Positions 30,221 through 39,224 of a stretch of DNA of 47,773 nucleotides are shown here, one piece after another. The position numbers and the translations under genes are program-made. The notes under the pieces were generated by a model. It was not told the origin of the DNA and made no database searches. It worked only from the letters and a program-made list of their open reading frames with translations. The first letter of the stretch is position 1, and the number at the start of each line of letters is the position of its first letter. The stretch comes from Gammaproteobacteria bacterium (GTDB lineage Bacteria > Pseudomonadota > Gammaproteobacteria > GCA-001735895): positions 1-47,773 of the forward strand of contig JAOTTY010000002.1 of NCBI GenBank assembly GCA_029864185.1, in the 5' to 3' direction.

Positions 30221-31304
30221 GATCGATAAAGCTGTAGTTTAATATGATCTGCTCCTCGCCCTGGGTTCTCAGTTGCGGAAAGTCTTCCTGTTCCAGCACT
30301 TCGCCGAATTCGATCAGACGCTGTAAATCCTCGGGATCGTTGCGTAACTTGAGCCGATAGGTGACGACGTCCCTGTTGACCATTGCTACGCGCACGCTAT
30401 CTACCGCGTTGAGCGACTGCAGATATTTCTGCACCTTTATCAGCTTGTCGATCCCGTCCAGCGCCGATACGCTCAACAACAGCGACTGCTCGACGCGTCG
30501 GTGATCTTCGAGTGCGTACTCCAGCGCCAGTATTCGGGCCAGATGCCTGATAACCTGGTCGATGACATCCTGTTTCGACGAAGCCCGATGCTTCCATTTG
30601 AATATCTGGTCGGCGAAGCGCACCTCCCAGTCGCCCTGCCAGCCTTCGCCACTGCGGCCGATTATCTGCCCTACCAGCAGCGCGTCGGGCGCATAGCGCT
30701 TTGCCATGGTGTAAATATTGTCGTACTGCCGGGATACGATATCGCTAATTTTGACCAGCGAGATATCGGCAAGATCCATCAGCGGGAACAATACCGGAAC
30801 CGCGTGCACCGACGCGGCGCGATCCAGGGCTTCGACCAGGTCCGGCGTCGAATCGTCCGCGACCAGCTTGATGTTTTCGTTCACATCGTACGAAATGACC
30901 AGCAGGCTGCTGGGGCGTTCACGCCCCCATACCGGAAAGTTGTGCTCGCGCAAAAGGCTCTCGATCAACTGCTGATCGAAGTCGATACGCAGATACAGCC
31001 GCGAGGCCTCGAGATCTTCGTCCTCGGACTGCTCACGACTGATATAGCGAAACTGCTTGACGTAACGCGCGCTGCGCTCTATCGGGCGCTCGAAGGCGGG
31101 GCTGTTGAGGGCATCGTCCGAACCGCTGACCTTGACCACGACCTGCCTGAATGCCTGGCTGAAGGACTCGAGCCGCAGCGCGGTAGTCTGATCGGCGACC
31201 GGTAATTCGACCGAGAAGAGATCTTCGACGATTACCGCGCCTGCCGGTAAATGCCACGCGCCTGCAACGGCCAGTAACAGCGGTAAAAAATTTCTCAGCT
31301 TCAT
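30204..31304 (-). CDS. DUF2066-like exported protein
   Basis: The ATG at 31304 gives [23 protein letters not shown], a signal peptide. It lies between purM (divergent) and hda as in Pseudomonas, and overlaps the hda start by 17 nt. Confidence 0.6.
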   Translation of the reverse strand: MKLRNFLPLLLAVAGAWHLPAGAVIVEDLFSVELPVADQTTALRLESFSQAFRQVVVKVSGSDDALNSPAFERPIERSARYVKQFRYISREQSEDEDLEASRLYLRIDFDQQLIESLLREHNFPVWGRERPSSLLVISYDVNENIKLVADDSTPDLVEALDRAASVHAVPVLFPLMDLADISLVKISDIVSRQYDNIYTMAKRYAPDALLVGQIIGRSGEGWQGDWEVRFADQIFKWKHRASSKQDVIDQVIRHLARILALEYALEDHRRVEQSLLLSVSALDGIDKLIKVQKYLQSLNAVDSVRVAMVNRDVVTYRLKLRNDPEDLQRLIEFGEVLEQEDFPQLRTQGEEQIILNYSFIDRGVAN

Positions 31305-31387
31305 TGTTTCTCTTGTCCAGGACACGGGCATTTAAATTCAAGGCGTGTAAAATAGCACACCCATATTATTTCCTGAACCAGCAAACC

Positions 31388-32425
31388 ATGAATCCCGACC
31401 GATCTCTGAGTTATCGCGAATCAGGCGTCGATATTGACGCCGGTAACGACCTCGTGGAGCGCATCAAACCCGCGATCAAGTCGACCCGTCGAGCCGGCTG
31501 TATCGGCAGTATCGGCGGATTCGGTGGCCTGTTCGAGCTGCCGCTCGATCGTTATCGCGACCCGCTGCTGGTTTCTGGCACCGACGGGGTCGGGACCAAG
31601 CTAAAACTCGCCATCGATCTCGACATGCTCGACGGTATCGGCATCGATCTGGTCGCAATGTGCGCCAATGATATCGCAGTGTTGGGCGCGGAAGCTCTTT
31701 TTTTCCTCGATTACTACGCCACCGGCAGGCTCGATGTGGCGCAGGCCCAGCGCGTAATCGAAGGTATAGCGGCAGGTTGTCGCCAGGCCGGTTGTGCGCT
31801 GATCGGCGGCGAAACCGCTGAAATGCCCGGCATTTACCAGTCGAACGACTTCGATCTCGCCGGATTTTGCGTCGGCATCGTCGAACGGGAAGGCCTGATC
31901 GACGGCAGCCGGGTCGCGCGCGGCAACCGTCTGGTAGCGCTGGCATCGTCGGGCGTCCATTCCAACGGCTTTTCGTTGGTGCGTAAGATTATCGAAGTCG
32001 CGGAGGCGGACCTCGGCCAGGCGCTGGGCGCGCAAACGCTTGGCGAGGCGCTGATTGTGCCGACGCGCATTTATGTCAGGAACCTGCTGGCACTGTCCGG
32101 CAGCTGCCGCATCAATGCGATAGCGCACATCACCGGCGGCGGCCTGATCGACAACCTGCCCCGGGTACTGCCCGAAAATCTGGGCGCAACTATCGATTTG
32201 TCCAGCTGGCGCTTCCCGCCGGTGTTCGAGTGGCTGCGGCAGGCCGGTAATCTGGCCGAGCATGAAATGCTGCGCACCTTCAACTGCGGGGTTGGCATGG
32301 TGCTTGCCGTCGACGCCGAGGCGGAAGAGGCCTGCATCGAACGCCTCGATGCACTGGGCGAGACCGCCTGGGTGATCGGTGAAATCGTCGATCGCGGCGA
32401 CGAGGGCGCGGTCGTCTTCGTATGA
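31388..32425 (+). CDS. purM: phosphoribosylformylglycinamidine cyclo-ligase
   Basis: [20 protein letters not shown]...IGGFGGLF...GTDGVGTK...[11 protein letters not shown]. The ATG is at 31388. The track ORF start at 31304 is rejected. Confidence 0.95.
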   Translation: MNPDRSLSYRESGVDIDAGNDLVERIKPAIKSTRRAGCIGSIGGFGGLFELPLDRYRDPLLVSGTDGVGTKLKLAIDLDMLDGIGIDLVAMCANDIAVLGAEALFFLDYYATGRLDVAQAQRVIEGIAAGCRQAGCALIGGETAEMPGIYQSNDFDLAGFCVGIVEREGLIDGSRVARGNRLVALASSGVHSNGFSLVRKIIEVAEADLGQALGAQTLGEALIVPTRIYVRNLLALSGSCRINAIAHITGGGLIDNLPRVLPENLGATIDLSSWRFPPVFEWLRQAGNLAEHEMLRTFNCGVGMVLAVDAEAEEACIERLDALGETAWVIGEIVDRGDEGAVVFV

Positions 32426-33069
32426 GAGAACCGCTGCGGCTTGCGATTCTGATATCCGGAAACGGCAGTAACCTGCAGTCGATTATCGATGCCATAGAAG
32501 CGGGACGTCTGAATGCCAAAATCAGCGCGGTGATATCAAATGAGCGCAAAGCCTACGGACTGGTTCGCGCCACCAGGCATGGTCTGAATACCTGGGTGAT
32601 CGCACACCGCGACTACCCCGATCGCGATCAGTTCGACGCCACGCTGCAAAATTACCTCGAGGCGGTCAATCCGGATTACATCGTGCTGGCGGGTTTTATG
32701 CGTATTCTCGGGCCGGGCTTCATCCACGCATTCGAAGATCGTATCCTGAATATTCACCCTTCGCTGCTACCGGCCTACAAGGGTTTACATACCCACCAGC
32801 GCGCCCTCGACAATGGTGAAAAAGAGCACGGCGTAAGTATCCATCTGGTCACCGCCGAACTCGACGATGGGCCGGTAATCCTGCAGGCAAGTTATCCGAT
32901 CGAAGCCGGCGATACGGTGCAAGATCTGGAGCGCAAAGGACACCGGCTCGAACACCTGATGTATCCCCAGCTATTGTGCTGGCTCGGTGACGAAAAACTA
33001 ACCATCAAAGGAGGTCAGCTGTTCTATGAACAGGCCTTGCTCGAAAAACCGATCCAGTATCGGCCTTAG
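32422..33069 (+). CDS. purN: phosphoribosylglycinamide formyltransferase
   Basis: [18 protein letters not shown]...LAGFMRIL...[16 protein letters not shown]. The ATGA overlaps the purM stop. Confidence 0.95.
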   Translation: MREPLRLAILISGNGSNLQSIIDAIEAGRLNAKISAVISNERKAYGLVRATRHGLNTWVIAHRDYPDRDQFDATLQNYLEAVNPDYIVLAGFMRILGPGFIHAFEDRILNIHPSLLPAYKGLHTHQRALDNGEKEHGVSIHLVTAELDDGPVILQASYPIEAGDTVQDLERKGHRLEHLMYPQLLCWLGDEKLTIKGGQLFYEQALLEKPIQYRP

Positions 33070-33760
33070 CCTGCTGCTGGCCACTTTGCTTGCCGTGCCC
33101 GCTGTCGCCGCGGACGTAACCCTGCGGTCCTTCAAGGCCAGCTACGATTTATTCAAGGGCGGCATGCACATCGGGACTACCGACCTCAGGCTGCAGCGCT
33201 CGGGCGAACGCTGGCGCTGGAGTTCGCTGACCAGGGCGCGCGGAATTTACTCGTGGTTTACAGATAAGCAACCCTATACCGAAACCACCTTTAGCCAGGG
33301 TGACAGCGAGGTTCGGTTACACGAAATCCTGATCGGCGACGCCGGCAAGGACCGCAACACCGAGGCGGCGCGTTTCGACTGGAATAACGGCAGGCTGGAG
33401 ATAATGCGCAAGGGCAAGCAACGCCAGTTGCAACTCGTCGACGGGGTTTACGATTTCCAGAGCATTCATTTGCTGGCCGCTGCCATGGGCCAGCAACAGC
33501 TCACCACGGCGACTGTCGATTTCTACCGCAAGGGCAGCCTGGTCAAGTCCCGCCTGGTCTACAGCGGACAGGACAGGGTCTCCGTCGACGGCCGTAGTCT
33601 CGAGGCAAACGTTTACGAACAGATTATGGTGCGATCGAACTCGAAGATAAAATACTATTACGATACCGGCAATCCGCTGTTGCCGTTGCGCATCGAAAAG
33701 CTCGAGTCCGGGGAAAGCCCGGTTATTCTGTCCCTGCGCGGGGTGGAATGGGACTTATAG
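33026..33760 (+). CDS. DUF3108-like exported protein
   Basis: Signal peptide (LLLATLLAVPAVAADV), then FKASYDLFKGGMHIGTTDLRL. It lies downstream of purN as in Pseudomonas. The listed start overlaps purN by 44 nt, so the start is uncertain. Confidence 0.6.
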   Translation: MNRPCSKNRSSIGLSLLLATLLAVPAVAADVTLRSFKASYDLFKGGMHIGTTDLRLQRSGERWRWSSLTRARGIYSWFTDKQPYTETTFSQGDSEVRLHEILIGDAGKDRNTEAARFDWNNGRLEIMRKGKQRQLQLVDGVYDFQSIHLLAAAMGQQQLTTATVDFYRKGSLVKSRLVYSGQDRVSVDGRSLEANVYEQIMVRSNSKIKYYYDTGNPLLPLRIEKLESGESPVILSLRGVEWDL

Positions 33761-34210
33761 GCGGGTAAAACCTTCCTCTCGTTGCAGCCTTTCGATCTCG
33801 GCAGGCGCGAACGGCACCTGCTCGATAAAATTCGGCAGGTCCGCCTGGTCGATATCGAGCATCCGCATCATGGTCTGGCAGGCCTTGATATCGATAATAC
33901 TGTCCTGGTCGAGCACCCGCGCGCGCTCCACCAGCGACTGGTTGGAGCGATAGTTGTTCTTGCGGAACAGCTGCAGCTCGTCCCCATGCAGCACGATCGC
34001 AATTTTTCCGAGGTCATCCGGCTTGAACAGCTTGCGCAGGTCCTCCGCGCGGTTGAGCACCACGTCCAGCTGTTGCGGGGAGCTGACGGTCACGCTGAAA
34101 ACGTAGCCGGGCGCCGTGGCCGCGTCCTGCGCGCAAACCCGCACCGGCGACAGGATGAGCAACAACAGGACAGACAGGAATTTTCCGAACACGCTAGGTG
34201 CTTCCGGCAA
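33755..34210 (-). CDS. DsrE/DsrF-like family protein with predicted signal peptide (tentative)
   Basis: The N-terminus FGKFLSVLLLLILSPVRVCAQD is signal-like. The body (IAIVLHGDELQLF...IDIKACQTMM) resembles COG1416/DsrE-like proteins. The start is ATG 34210 (overlapping pmbA by 17 nt) or GTG 34192. Confidence 0.5.
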   Translation of the reverse strand: MPEAPSVFGKFLSVLLLLILSPVRVCAQDAATAPGYVFSVTVSSPQQLDVVLNRAEDLRKLFKPDDLGKIAIVLHGDELQLFRKNNYRSNQSLVERARVLDQDSIIDIKACQTMMRMLDIDQADLPNFIEQVPFAPAEIERLQREEGFTRL

Positions 34211-35549
34211 TCATCATGCGATCGACCAGGATGGAGCCGCAGCGGATACTGCCACGCGGATCGACATCCTTGCCGATTTCGACTATTCCCCTGAACATGT
34301 CGCGCAGGTTTGCCGCGATCGTGACCTCTTCGACGGCGTGATCGATGCTGCCGTTTTCGACCCAGAACCCGGCGGCTCCGCGCGAGTAATCACCGGTCAC
34401 CACGTTGACACCGTGCCCCATCAGCTCGGTGACCAGGAAACCGCGATGCATCGCGGCGAGGCACTGATCGAAGGATTTTCCGGTATCGTCGAGAATCAGG
34501 TTATGCACGCCGCCGGCATGGCCGTTGGAAGCCAGCCCCAGCTTGCGCGCCGAGTAGCTGTCCAGCAGGTAGTGCTGGATCACGCCATCGCTGACCAGGC
34601 TGTTCGCATGCGTGGCGACGCCCTCGGAATCGTAATTCGCCGATCCTAGCGCCCGCGGAATGAACGGGTTTTCGTGTAATTGCACGAACTCGGGGAAAAC
34701 TCGCTCGCCCACCGCGTCCAGCAGAAAGCTGGCCTTGCGGTACTGCGCGCCGCCACCGATTGCCGACGCCAGGTTGCCGATCAGGCCACGCGCCAGTTCG
34801 GGCACGAACAATACCGGGGCCTGCCGGGTCTTGAGCTTGCTTGCATCGAGCCTGCGTACGGTGCGTTCGGCCGCCTTTTCGCCAACGCTGCGCGCGCTCG
34901 CCAGCTGGTCCGCGTTACGGCTGACGTCGTACCAGTAATCGCGTTGCATCTTGCCCTGGTGCTCGCCCACCACTGCACAGCTGATGCTGTGCCGGGTTTT
35001 ATGCTGCGCCTGTAAAAAACCATGCGAGTTGCCGTAGACCGAAACCCCCGCGCTGAGATCGACCGAGGCGCCCTCGGAGTTGACGATACGCTTGTCGTAA
35101 CCGAGCGCCGCGTTTTCACATTCCAGCGCCAGATCGATGACCGCCTTCGGTTCCAGGTTCCACGGATGGTAGAGATCGAGATCGTGCATCTGCGTAGCCA
35201 TCAGCTCGGGGTCGGCAAGACCGGTGCAGGGATCTTCCGATGTGTAACGAGCGATATCGCACGCGGCTTCGACCGTTTTGCGAATCGCTTCGAGGTCGAG
35301 GTTCGACGTGCTCGCGCTGCCCTTGTGGCGGCCGAAGTAAACGCTGATGCCGAGGCCATTGTCCTGCTGATGCTCGATGGTCTCGACCGATCCCATGCGC
35401 GTCGCAACGGACAGTCCCTGCGATACCGAGAGCCCGGCTTCGGCCTGGGTCGCGCCGCTGGCCAGCGCCAGCTCGATGGCGTCGGCGACGATGTTTTTGA
35501 ACGAATCGGCGTGCGGAAATGCTAATATGCTGTTTTTTTCGAGGTCCAT
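34194..35549 (-). CDS. pmbA: metalloprotease PmbA (TldE)
   Basis: The length, a family-typical C-terminus (GFWVENGSI...VEEVTIAANLRDMF) and the divergent yjgA neighbour match E. coli pmbA. Confidence 0.9.
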   Translation of the reverse strand: MDLEKNSILAFPHADSFKNIVADAIELALASGATQAEAGLSVSQGLSVATRMGSVETIEHQQDNGLGISVYFGRHKGSASTSNLDLEAIRKTVEAACDIARYTSEDPCTGLADPELMATQMHDLDLYHPWNLEPKAVIDLALECENAALGYDKRIVNSEGASVDLSAGVSVYGNSHGFLQAQHKTRHSISCAVVGEHQGKMQRDYWYDVSRNADQLASARSVGEKAAERTVRRLDASKLKTRQAPVLFVPELARGLIGNLASAIGGGAQYRKASFLLDAVGERVFPEFVQLHENPFIPRALGSANYDSEGVATHANSLVSDGVIQHYLLDSYSARKLGLASNGHAGGVHNLILDDTGKSFDQCLAAMHRGFLVTELMGHGVNVVTGDYSRGAAGFWVENGSIDHAVEEVTIAANLRDMFRGIVEIGKDVDPRGSIRCGSILVDRMMIAGST

Positions 35550-35573
35550 TGGCGCATTTTATCCCAGACTGTT

Positions 35574-36083
35574 ATGGAAAACGAAGCAGAGTTTGATGAA
35601 ATCGAGTACGTCAGCAAGAGTCAGCTCAAACGAGAAAGCCACGCGCTGCAGGATCTCGGCAAAAGGCTGGTCGCGCTGCCCACGGAACACCTGAAACGGA
35701 TTCCGCTGGATGAACAGGTGCTCGAGGCGATCACGCTCGCCAGGCGCATTCAAAACAAGCGCAGCGCGCTCAAACGACAGTACCAGTTTCTCGGTAAGTT
35801 GCTGCGCGCGCGCGACGCCGAGCCCATCCTGACCGCGCTTGCCGAAATCGACCGCGAGAACCAGCACTCGATCCAGCTGCATCATCGCGCAGAACGCTGG
35901 CGCGACCGGATAATCGAGCAGGGCAACGACGCCATCGAAGCGTTACTCGGCGAGGTGGAGCGCGCCGATCGCCAGAAATTGCGACAGTTATGGCGTAACT
36001 ACCAGCACGCCAAAACCGACGCCAGGCGCGGCCAGCACTCCCGCCTCATCTACCAGGAAATCAGACAGTCCATCGACCCCTGA
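35574..36083 (+). CDS. yjgA: ribosome-associated protein YjgA (DUF615)
   Basis: VSKSQLKRESHALQDLGKRLVALP...RQYQFLGKLLR. It is divergent from pmbA. Confidence 0.85.
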   Translation: MENEAEFDEIEYVSKSQLKRESHALQDLGKRLVALPTEHLKRIPLDEQVLEAITLARRIQNKRSALKRQYQFLGKLLRARDAEPILTALAEIDRENQHSIQLHHRAERWRDRIIEQGNDAIEALLGEVERADRQKLRQLWRNYQHAKTDARRGQHSRLIYQEIRQSIDP

Positions 36084-36127
36084 GCGGCCAGCCGCCTGAT
36101 CCCCGTATCGCTTCGACTCATAATTCC

Positions 36128-36199
36128 GGGGATCCAATACTTAATTCTTCGACATTCTGGCCAGTCAACATGCGTCCATGAATTAAGTATCGTGTCCCG
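36128..36199. repeat. extragenic palindromic element, copy B (20-nt arms, 32-nt spacer)
   Basis: GGGGATCCAATACTTAATTC (36128-36147) ... GAATTAAGTATCGTGTCCCG (36180-36199). It lies between the convergent stops of yjgA and aroC. The half-site matches copies A and C. Confidence 0.65.
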
Positions 36200-36222
36200 G
36201 GAATCGTCCTGTGAATTACCGC

Positions 36223-37323
36223 CTAATCGGGACTGGCGGGGATGACGGGAGTCTTGCAAACGACATCGGCGTTCTGCGCGCGGTTACGCAGGAAGTGGTC
36301 CATCAGCACGATGGCGAGCATCGCCTCGGCGATCGGCGTGGCGCGGATGCCGACGCAGGGATCGTGCCTGCCCTTGGTGCGGATCTCCGCCGGATTGCCG
36401 TCGACATCGATCGTCCTGCCGGGAAGGTGGATGCTGGAGGTCGGTTTTAGCGCGATATCGACCAGCACATCCTGCCCGGAGGTAATGCCACCGAGGGTAC
36501 CGCCGGCATGGTTCGACAGAAAACCCTGCGGCGTGATTTCGTCGCGGTTTTGCGTACCCTTGAGTTCCACGGCGCCGAAACCGGCGCCGATCTCGACGCC
36601 CTTGACCGCGTTGATGCTCATCATCGCGTGCGCGATATCGGCGTCGATCCGGTCAAATATGGGCTCGCCCAGCCCGGGCGGCACGCCGCTTGCGACCACC
36701 GAAACGCGCGCGCCTATCGACTCCCCTTCCTTGCGTAGCGCGTCCATGAATTTTTCCAGCTCCGGCACCATTGCGGCATCCGGCCAGAAGAACGCGTTCC
36801 GGTCGACCTGCTCCCAGTCGAAGTTCGCCGGTTTGAGCGGGCCCAGCTGCGACAGGTAGCCACGCACCCGGATGCCGCATTTCTGGTGCAGATATTTTTT
36901 CGCGATACCGCCGGCCGCGACCCGCATCGCGGTCTCGCGAGCGGAGGAGCGACCGCCACCGCGGTAATCGCGGAAGCCGTACTTGTGCGTATAGCTGTAA
37001 TCGGCGTGACCGGGGCGGAACAGGTTCATGATGTCGCTGTAATCCCTTGAGCGCTGGTCCTGGTTGTAAACCAGCAGGCAGATCGGCGTACCGGTGGTTC
37101 TGCCCTCGAAGGTACCGGACAGTATCTGCACCGCATCGTCTTCGCGCCGCTGCGTGGTATGGCGCGAGGTGCCCGGCTTGCGCCGGTCGAGATCCTGCTG
37201 CAGGTCGGTTTCGCTGAGCTCGAGCCCCGGAGGACAACCGTCGACGATACAGCCGACCGCGCTGCCATGGCTCTCACCGAAAGACGTCACCACGAATGAC
37301 TTGCCGAAACTGTTACCCGACAT
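36223..37323 (-). CDS. aroC: chorismate synthase
   Basis: [20 protein letters not shown]...GRHDPCVG are typical AroC signatures. Confidence 0.96.
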   Translation of the reverse strand: MSGNSFGKSFVVTSFGESHGSAVGCIVDGCPPGLELSETDLQQDLDRRKPGTSRHTTQRREDDAVQILSGTFEGRTTGTPICLLVYNQDQRSRDYSDIMNLFRPGHADYSYTHKYGFRDYRGGGRSSARETAMRVAAGGIAKKYLHQKCGIRVRGYLSQLGPLKPANFDWEQVDRNAFFWPDAAMVPELEKFMDALRKEGESIGARVSVVASGVPPGLGEPIFDRIDADIAHAMMSINAVKGVEIGAGFGAVELKGTQNRDEITPQGFLSNHAGGTLGGITSGQDVLVDIALKPTSSIHLPGRTIDVDGNPAEIRTKGRHDPCVGIRATPIAEAMLAIVLMDHFLRNRAQNADVVCKTPVIPASPD

Positions 37324-37373
37324 TTACCTGACCCTGATTGAATTTACTGGAAATATCACTAAGTTATAGTGTC

Positions 37374-37886
37374 ATGGCGCATTCTACTAAAAAACTGGGC
37401 ATGATGTTCACTGCCGCGGGCTGGGTGCTCGGTTTTTTACTGCTGGCGCTGGTTTTTTCCAACATCCTCGACCGGCAAAATAATCCAAACCGCTCCGTGT
37501 CGACGCTGCAAACCGGGGCTTTTCAGGAAGTGGTGCTGACGCGAAGCCGCAACGGGCACTATGTTTTCGACGGCGAGATCAACCATCAAAAGGTAACATT
37601 CCTGGTCGATACCGGGGCCACGACCACCGCAATCCCTGCCGAAATGCAGCGCGCGCTGGGGCTGAAGGCCGGCCCCGCGACCTCGGTATCCACCGCGAAC
37701 GGCGTAACCACCGCCCGTCTGACCCGCCTGGACCAGCTAGCTATCGGCGATATCGAGCTTTTCGATACCAGTGCGACCATCATCTCGGGTATGGGCGTCG
37801 ACGAGGTCCTGCTGGGCATGAACGTGCTGAAGCATTTCGAGCTGGTGCAGCGCGGTAACGAACTGATTATCCGGCAATACCGGTAA
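37374..37886 (+). CDS. membrane-anchored retropepsin-like (clan AA) aspartic protease
   Basis: N-terminal TM segment (MMFTAAGWVLGFLLLALVF) and active-site motif FLVDTGATTTAIP. I chose the ATG at 37374. The track start at 37338 is a TTG. Confidence 0.75.
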   Translation: MAHSTKKLGMMFTAAGWVLGFLLLALVFSNILDRQNNPNRSVSTLQTGAFQEVVLTRSRNGHYVFDGEINHQKVTFLVDTGATTTAIPAEMQRALGLKAGPATSVSTANGVTTARLTRLDQLAIGDIELFDTSATIISGMGVDEVLLGMNVLKHFELVQRGNELIIRQYR

Positions 37887-38033
37887 AATAATGCCTTCCG
37901 CGGTTTGATTTTTCACGATTCCGCGAAAATTTTTACCTTTTTCTGAACTTTCTCGAAACTCGTTTTCTCTAAGCACGCGTAATGGGGGAAATAACCACTA
38001 CAAATATAGGTTTTCAAACTTGAGGATAATTTT

Positions 38034-38285
38034 ATGATTACAGCTAAAAAAACTACCGGAGTCGCCCTTGCCGCAGCCGCGGCTGCCATGTTTGCCGTTG
38101 CGCCGATGAGCGCGAACGCGGCCGAGACGGCGGGCAAATGCTTCAACGTCAATTCATGCAAGGGCACCAGCGCATGCGCAACCGCCACTACCAGTTGCGC
38201 CGGACAGAACTCTTGCGCCGGTCAGGGCTGGGTCAAGCGCACCAAGTCAGAATGCGAAGCAGCGGGCGGCAAGTTCGAAGCCTGA
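38034..38285 (+). CDS. bufA: Sec-exported Cys-rich RiPP precursor peptide (bufferin BufA-like)
   Basis: A GAGGA Shine-Dalgarno sits 7 nt upstream. The signal peptide is MITAKKTTGVALAAAAAAMFAVAPMSANA|AE. The 54-aa core has 6 Cys (KCFNVNSCKGTSACATATTSCAGQNSCAGQGW...SECE). It lies immediately upstream of DUF692 and DUF2063 genes. Confidence 0.7.
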   Translation: MITAKKTTGVALAAAAAAMFAVAPMSANAAETAGKCFNVNSCKGTSACATATTSCAGQNSCAGQGWVKRTKSECEAAGGKFEA

Positions 38286-38304
38286 GCCTTTTTCTCGGCT
38301 AAAG

Positions 38305-38335
38305 AAAAATGCACCGACCGGATCGGTGCATTTTT
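38305..38335 (+). terminator. hairpin / candidate partial terminator between the precursor and modification genes
   Basis: AAAAATGCACCGA-ccgga-TCGGTGCATTTTT is a 13-bp perfect stem with a T-run. It lies 20 nt after the bufA stop and 48 nt before the bufB start. Confidence 0.5.
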
Positions 38336-38382
38336 ATGTCCGATCGATACAATTGATTTCCCTCGATCCGTGATGCTCGTCT

Positions 38383-39219
38383 ATGGCTGAATCCGCACAA
38401 AAACCCTTCCTCGGCTTTGGCCTGGGTCTGCGTGCGGAGCACTATAAGGACATCCTCGAACGCAAGCCGAGGGAAATCGACTGGTTCGAAATCATCAGCG
38501 AAAATTACATGATCGATGGGGGCAAGCCGCTTTATTATCTCGACGCGATACGCCAGGATTACCCGATGGTCATGCACGGCGTGTCGATGTCGCTGGGCAG
38601 CATGGACGACCTGGACCTCGACTACCTGAAGCAGTTGAAATCCCTGATCGAACGCGTCCAGCCGCGCTGGTACTCCGACCACCTGTGCTGGACCGGTGTC
38701 GACCACAGAAACATGCACGATCTGCTGCCCTTGCCCTACACCGAGGAGGCGATACGCCATGTCGCAGATCGTATCTCCAGGGTGCAGGATTTCATTGGTC
38801 GCCAGATGCTGATCGAAAACCTGTCCAGCTACGTTACCTATTGCGACGACACAATGCCGGAGTGGGAATTCCTGTCGGCGATTGCGGAACGTGCCGACTG
38901 CTACCTGCTGCTGGATGTCAACAATATTTACGTCAGCAGTTACAATCATCATTACGATCCGATCGAATACCTCGAAGGCGTGCCCGGATCCCGCGTCTGG
39001 CAGCACCATCTCGCCGGCCACAGCAACGAGGGCAACCTGATAATCGACACCCATGACGATGACATCATCGATCCGGTGTGGACCCTGTACGAGGAAACCG
39101 CGAGGCGTCTCGGTCCGGTTTCGACCATGATCGAGCGCGACGGCAATATCCCGGATCTCGACAGCCTGCTGCTCGAACTCGAGCGGGCGCGCAGCATCGC
39201 TGCACCTTTTTACCGGTGA
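38383..39219 (+). CDS. bufB: DUF692-family multinuclear non-heme iron oxidase (MNIO; BufB/MbnB-like)
   Basis: Family hallmarks run along the whole length: GFGLGLRAEHY, WFEIISENYM, HGVSMSLGS, SDHLCW, LLPLPYTEEA, ENLSSYV, EWEFL, LLLDVNNIYVSS, HLAGH, IDTHDD, MIERD. Confidence 0.88.
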   Translation: MAESAQKPFLGFGLGLRAEHYKDILERKPREIDWFEIISENYMIDGGKPLYYLDAIRQDYPMVMHGVSMSLGSMDDLDLDYLKQLKSLIERVQPRWYSDHLCWTGVDHRNMHDLLPLPYTEEAIRHVADRISRVQDFIGRQMLIENLSSYVTYCDDTMPEWEFLSAIAERADCYLLLDVNNIYVSSYNHHYDPIEYLEGVPGSRVWQHHLAGHSNEGNLIIDTHDDDIIDPVWTLYEETARRLGPVSTMIERDGNIPDLDSLLLELERARSIAAPFYR

Positions 39220-39224
39220 GTTCC

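Noticed and set aside
37930-37975. ECF-sigma-like promoter (GAACTT ... TCGTT) upstream of bufA
   Set aside because: The spacing between the AAC and CGT elements is only about 12 nt, not the 16-17 nt typical of ECF promoters. It is probably a chance match.
39078-39224. 5' extension of the DUF2063 ORF into the DUF692 gene
   Set aside because: The 49 extra codons (Arg/Gly-rich) overlap bufB out of frame. An ATG at 39225 with a GGTGA upstream gives the canonical DUF2063 N-terminus.
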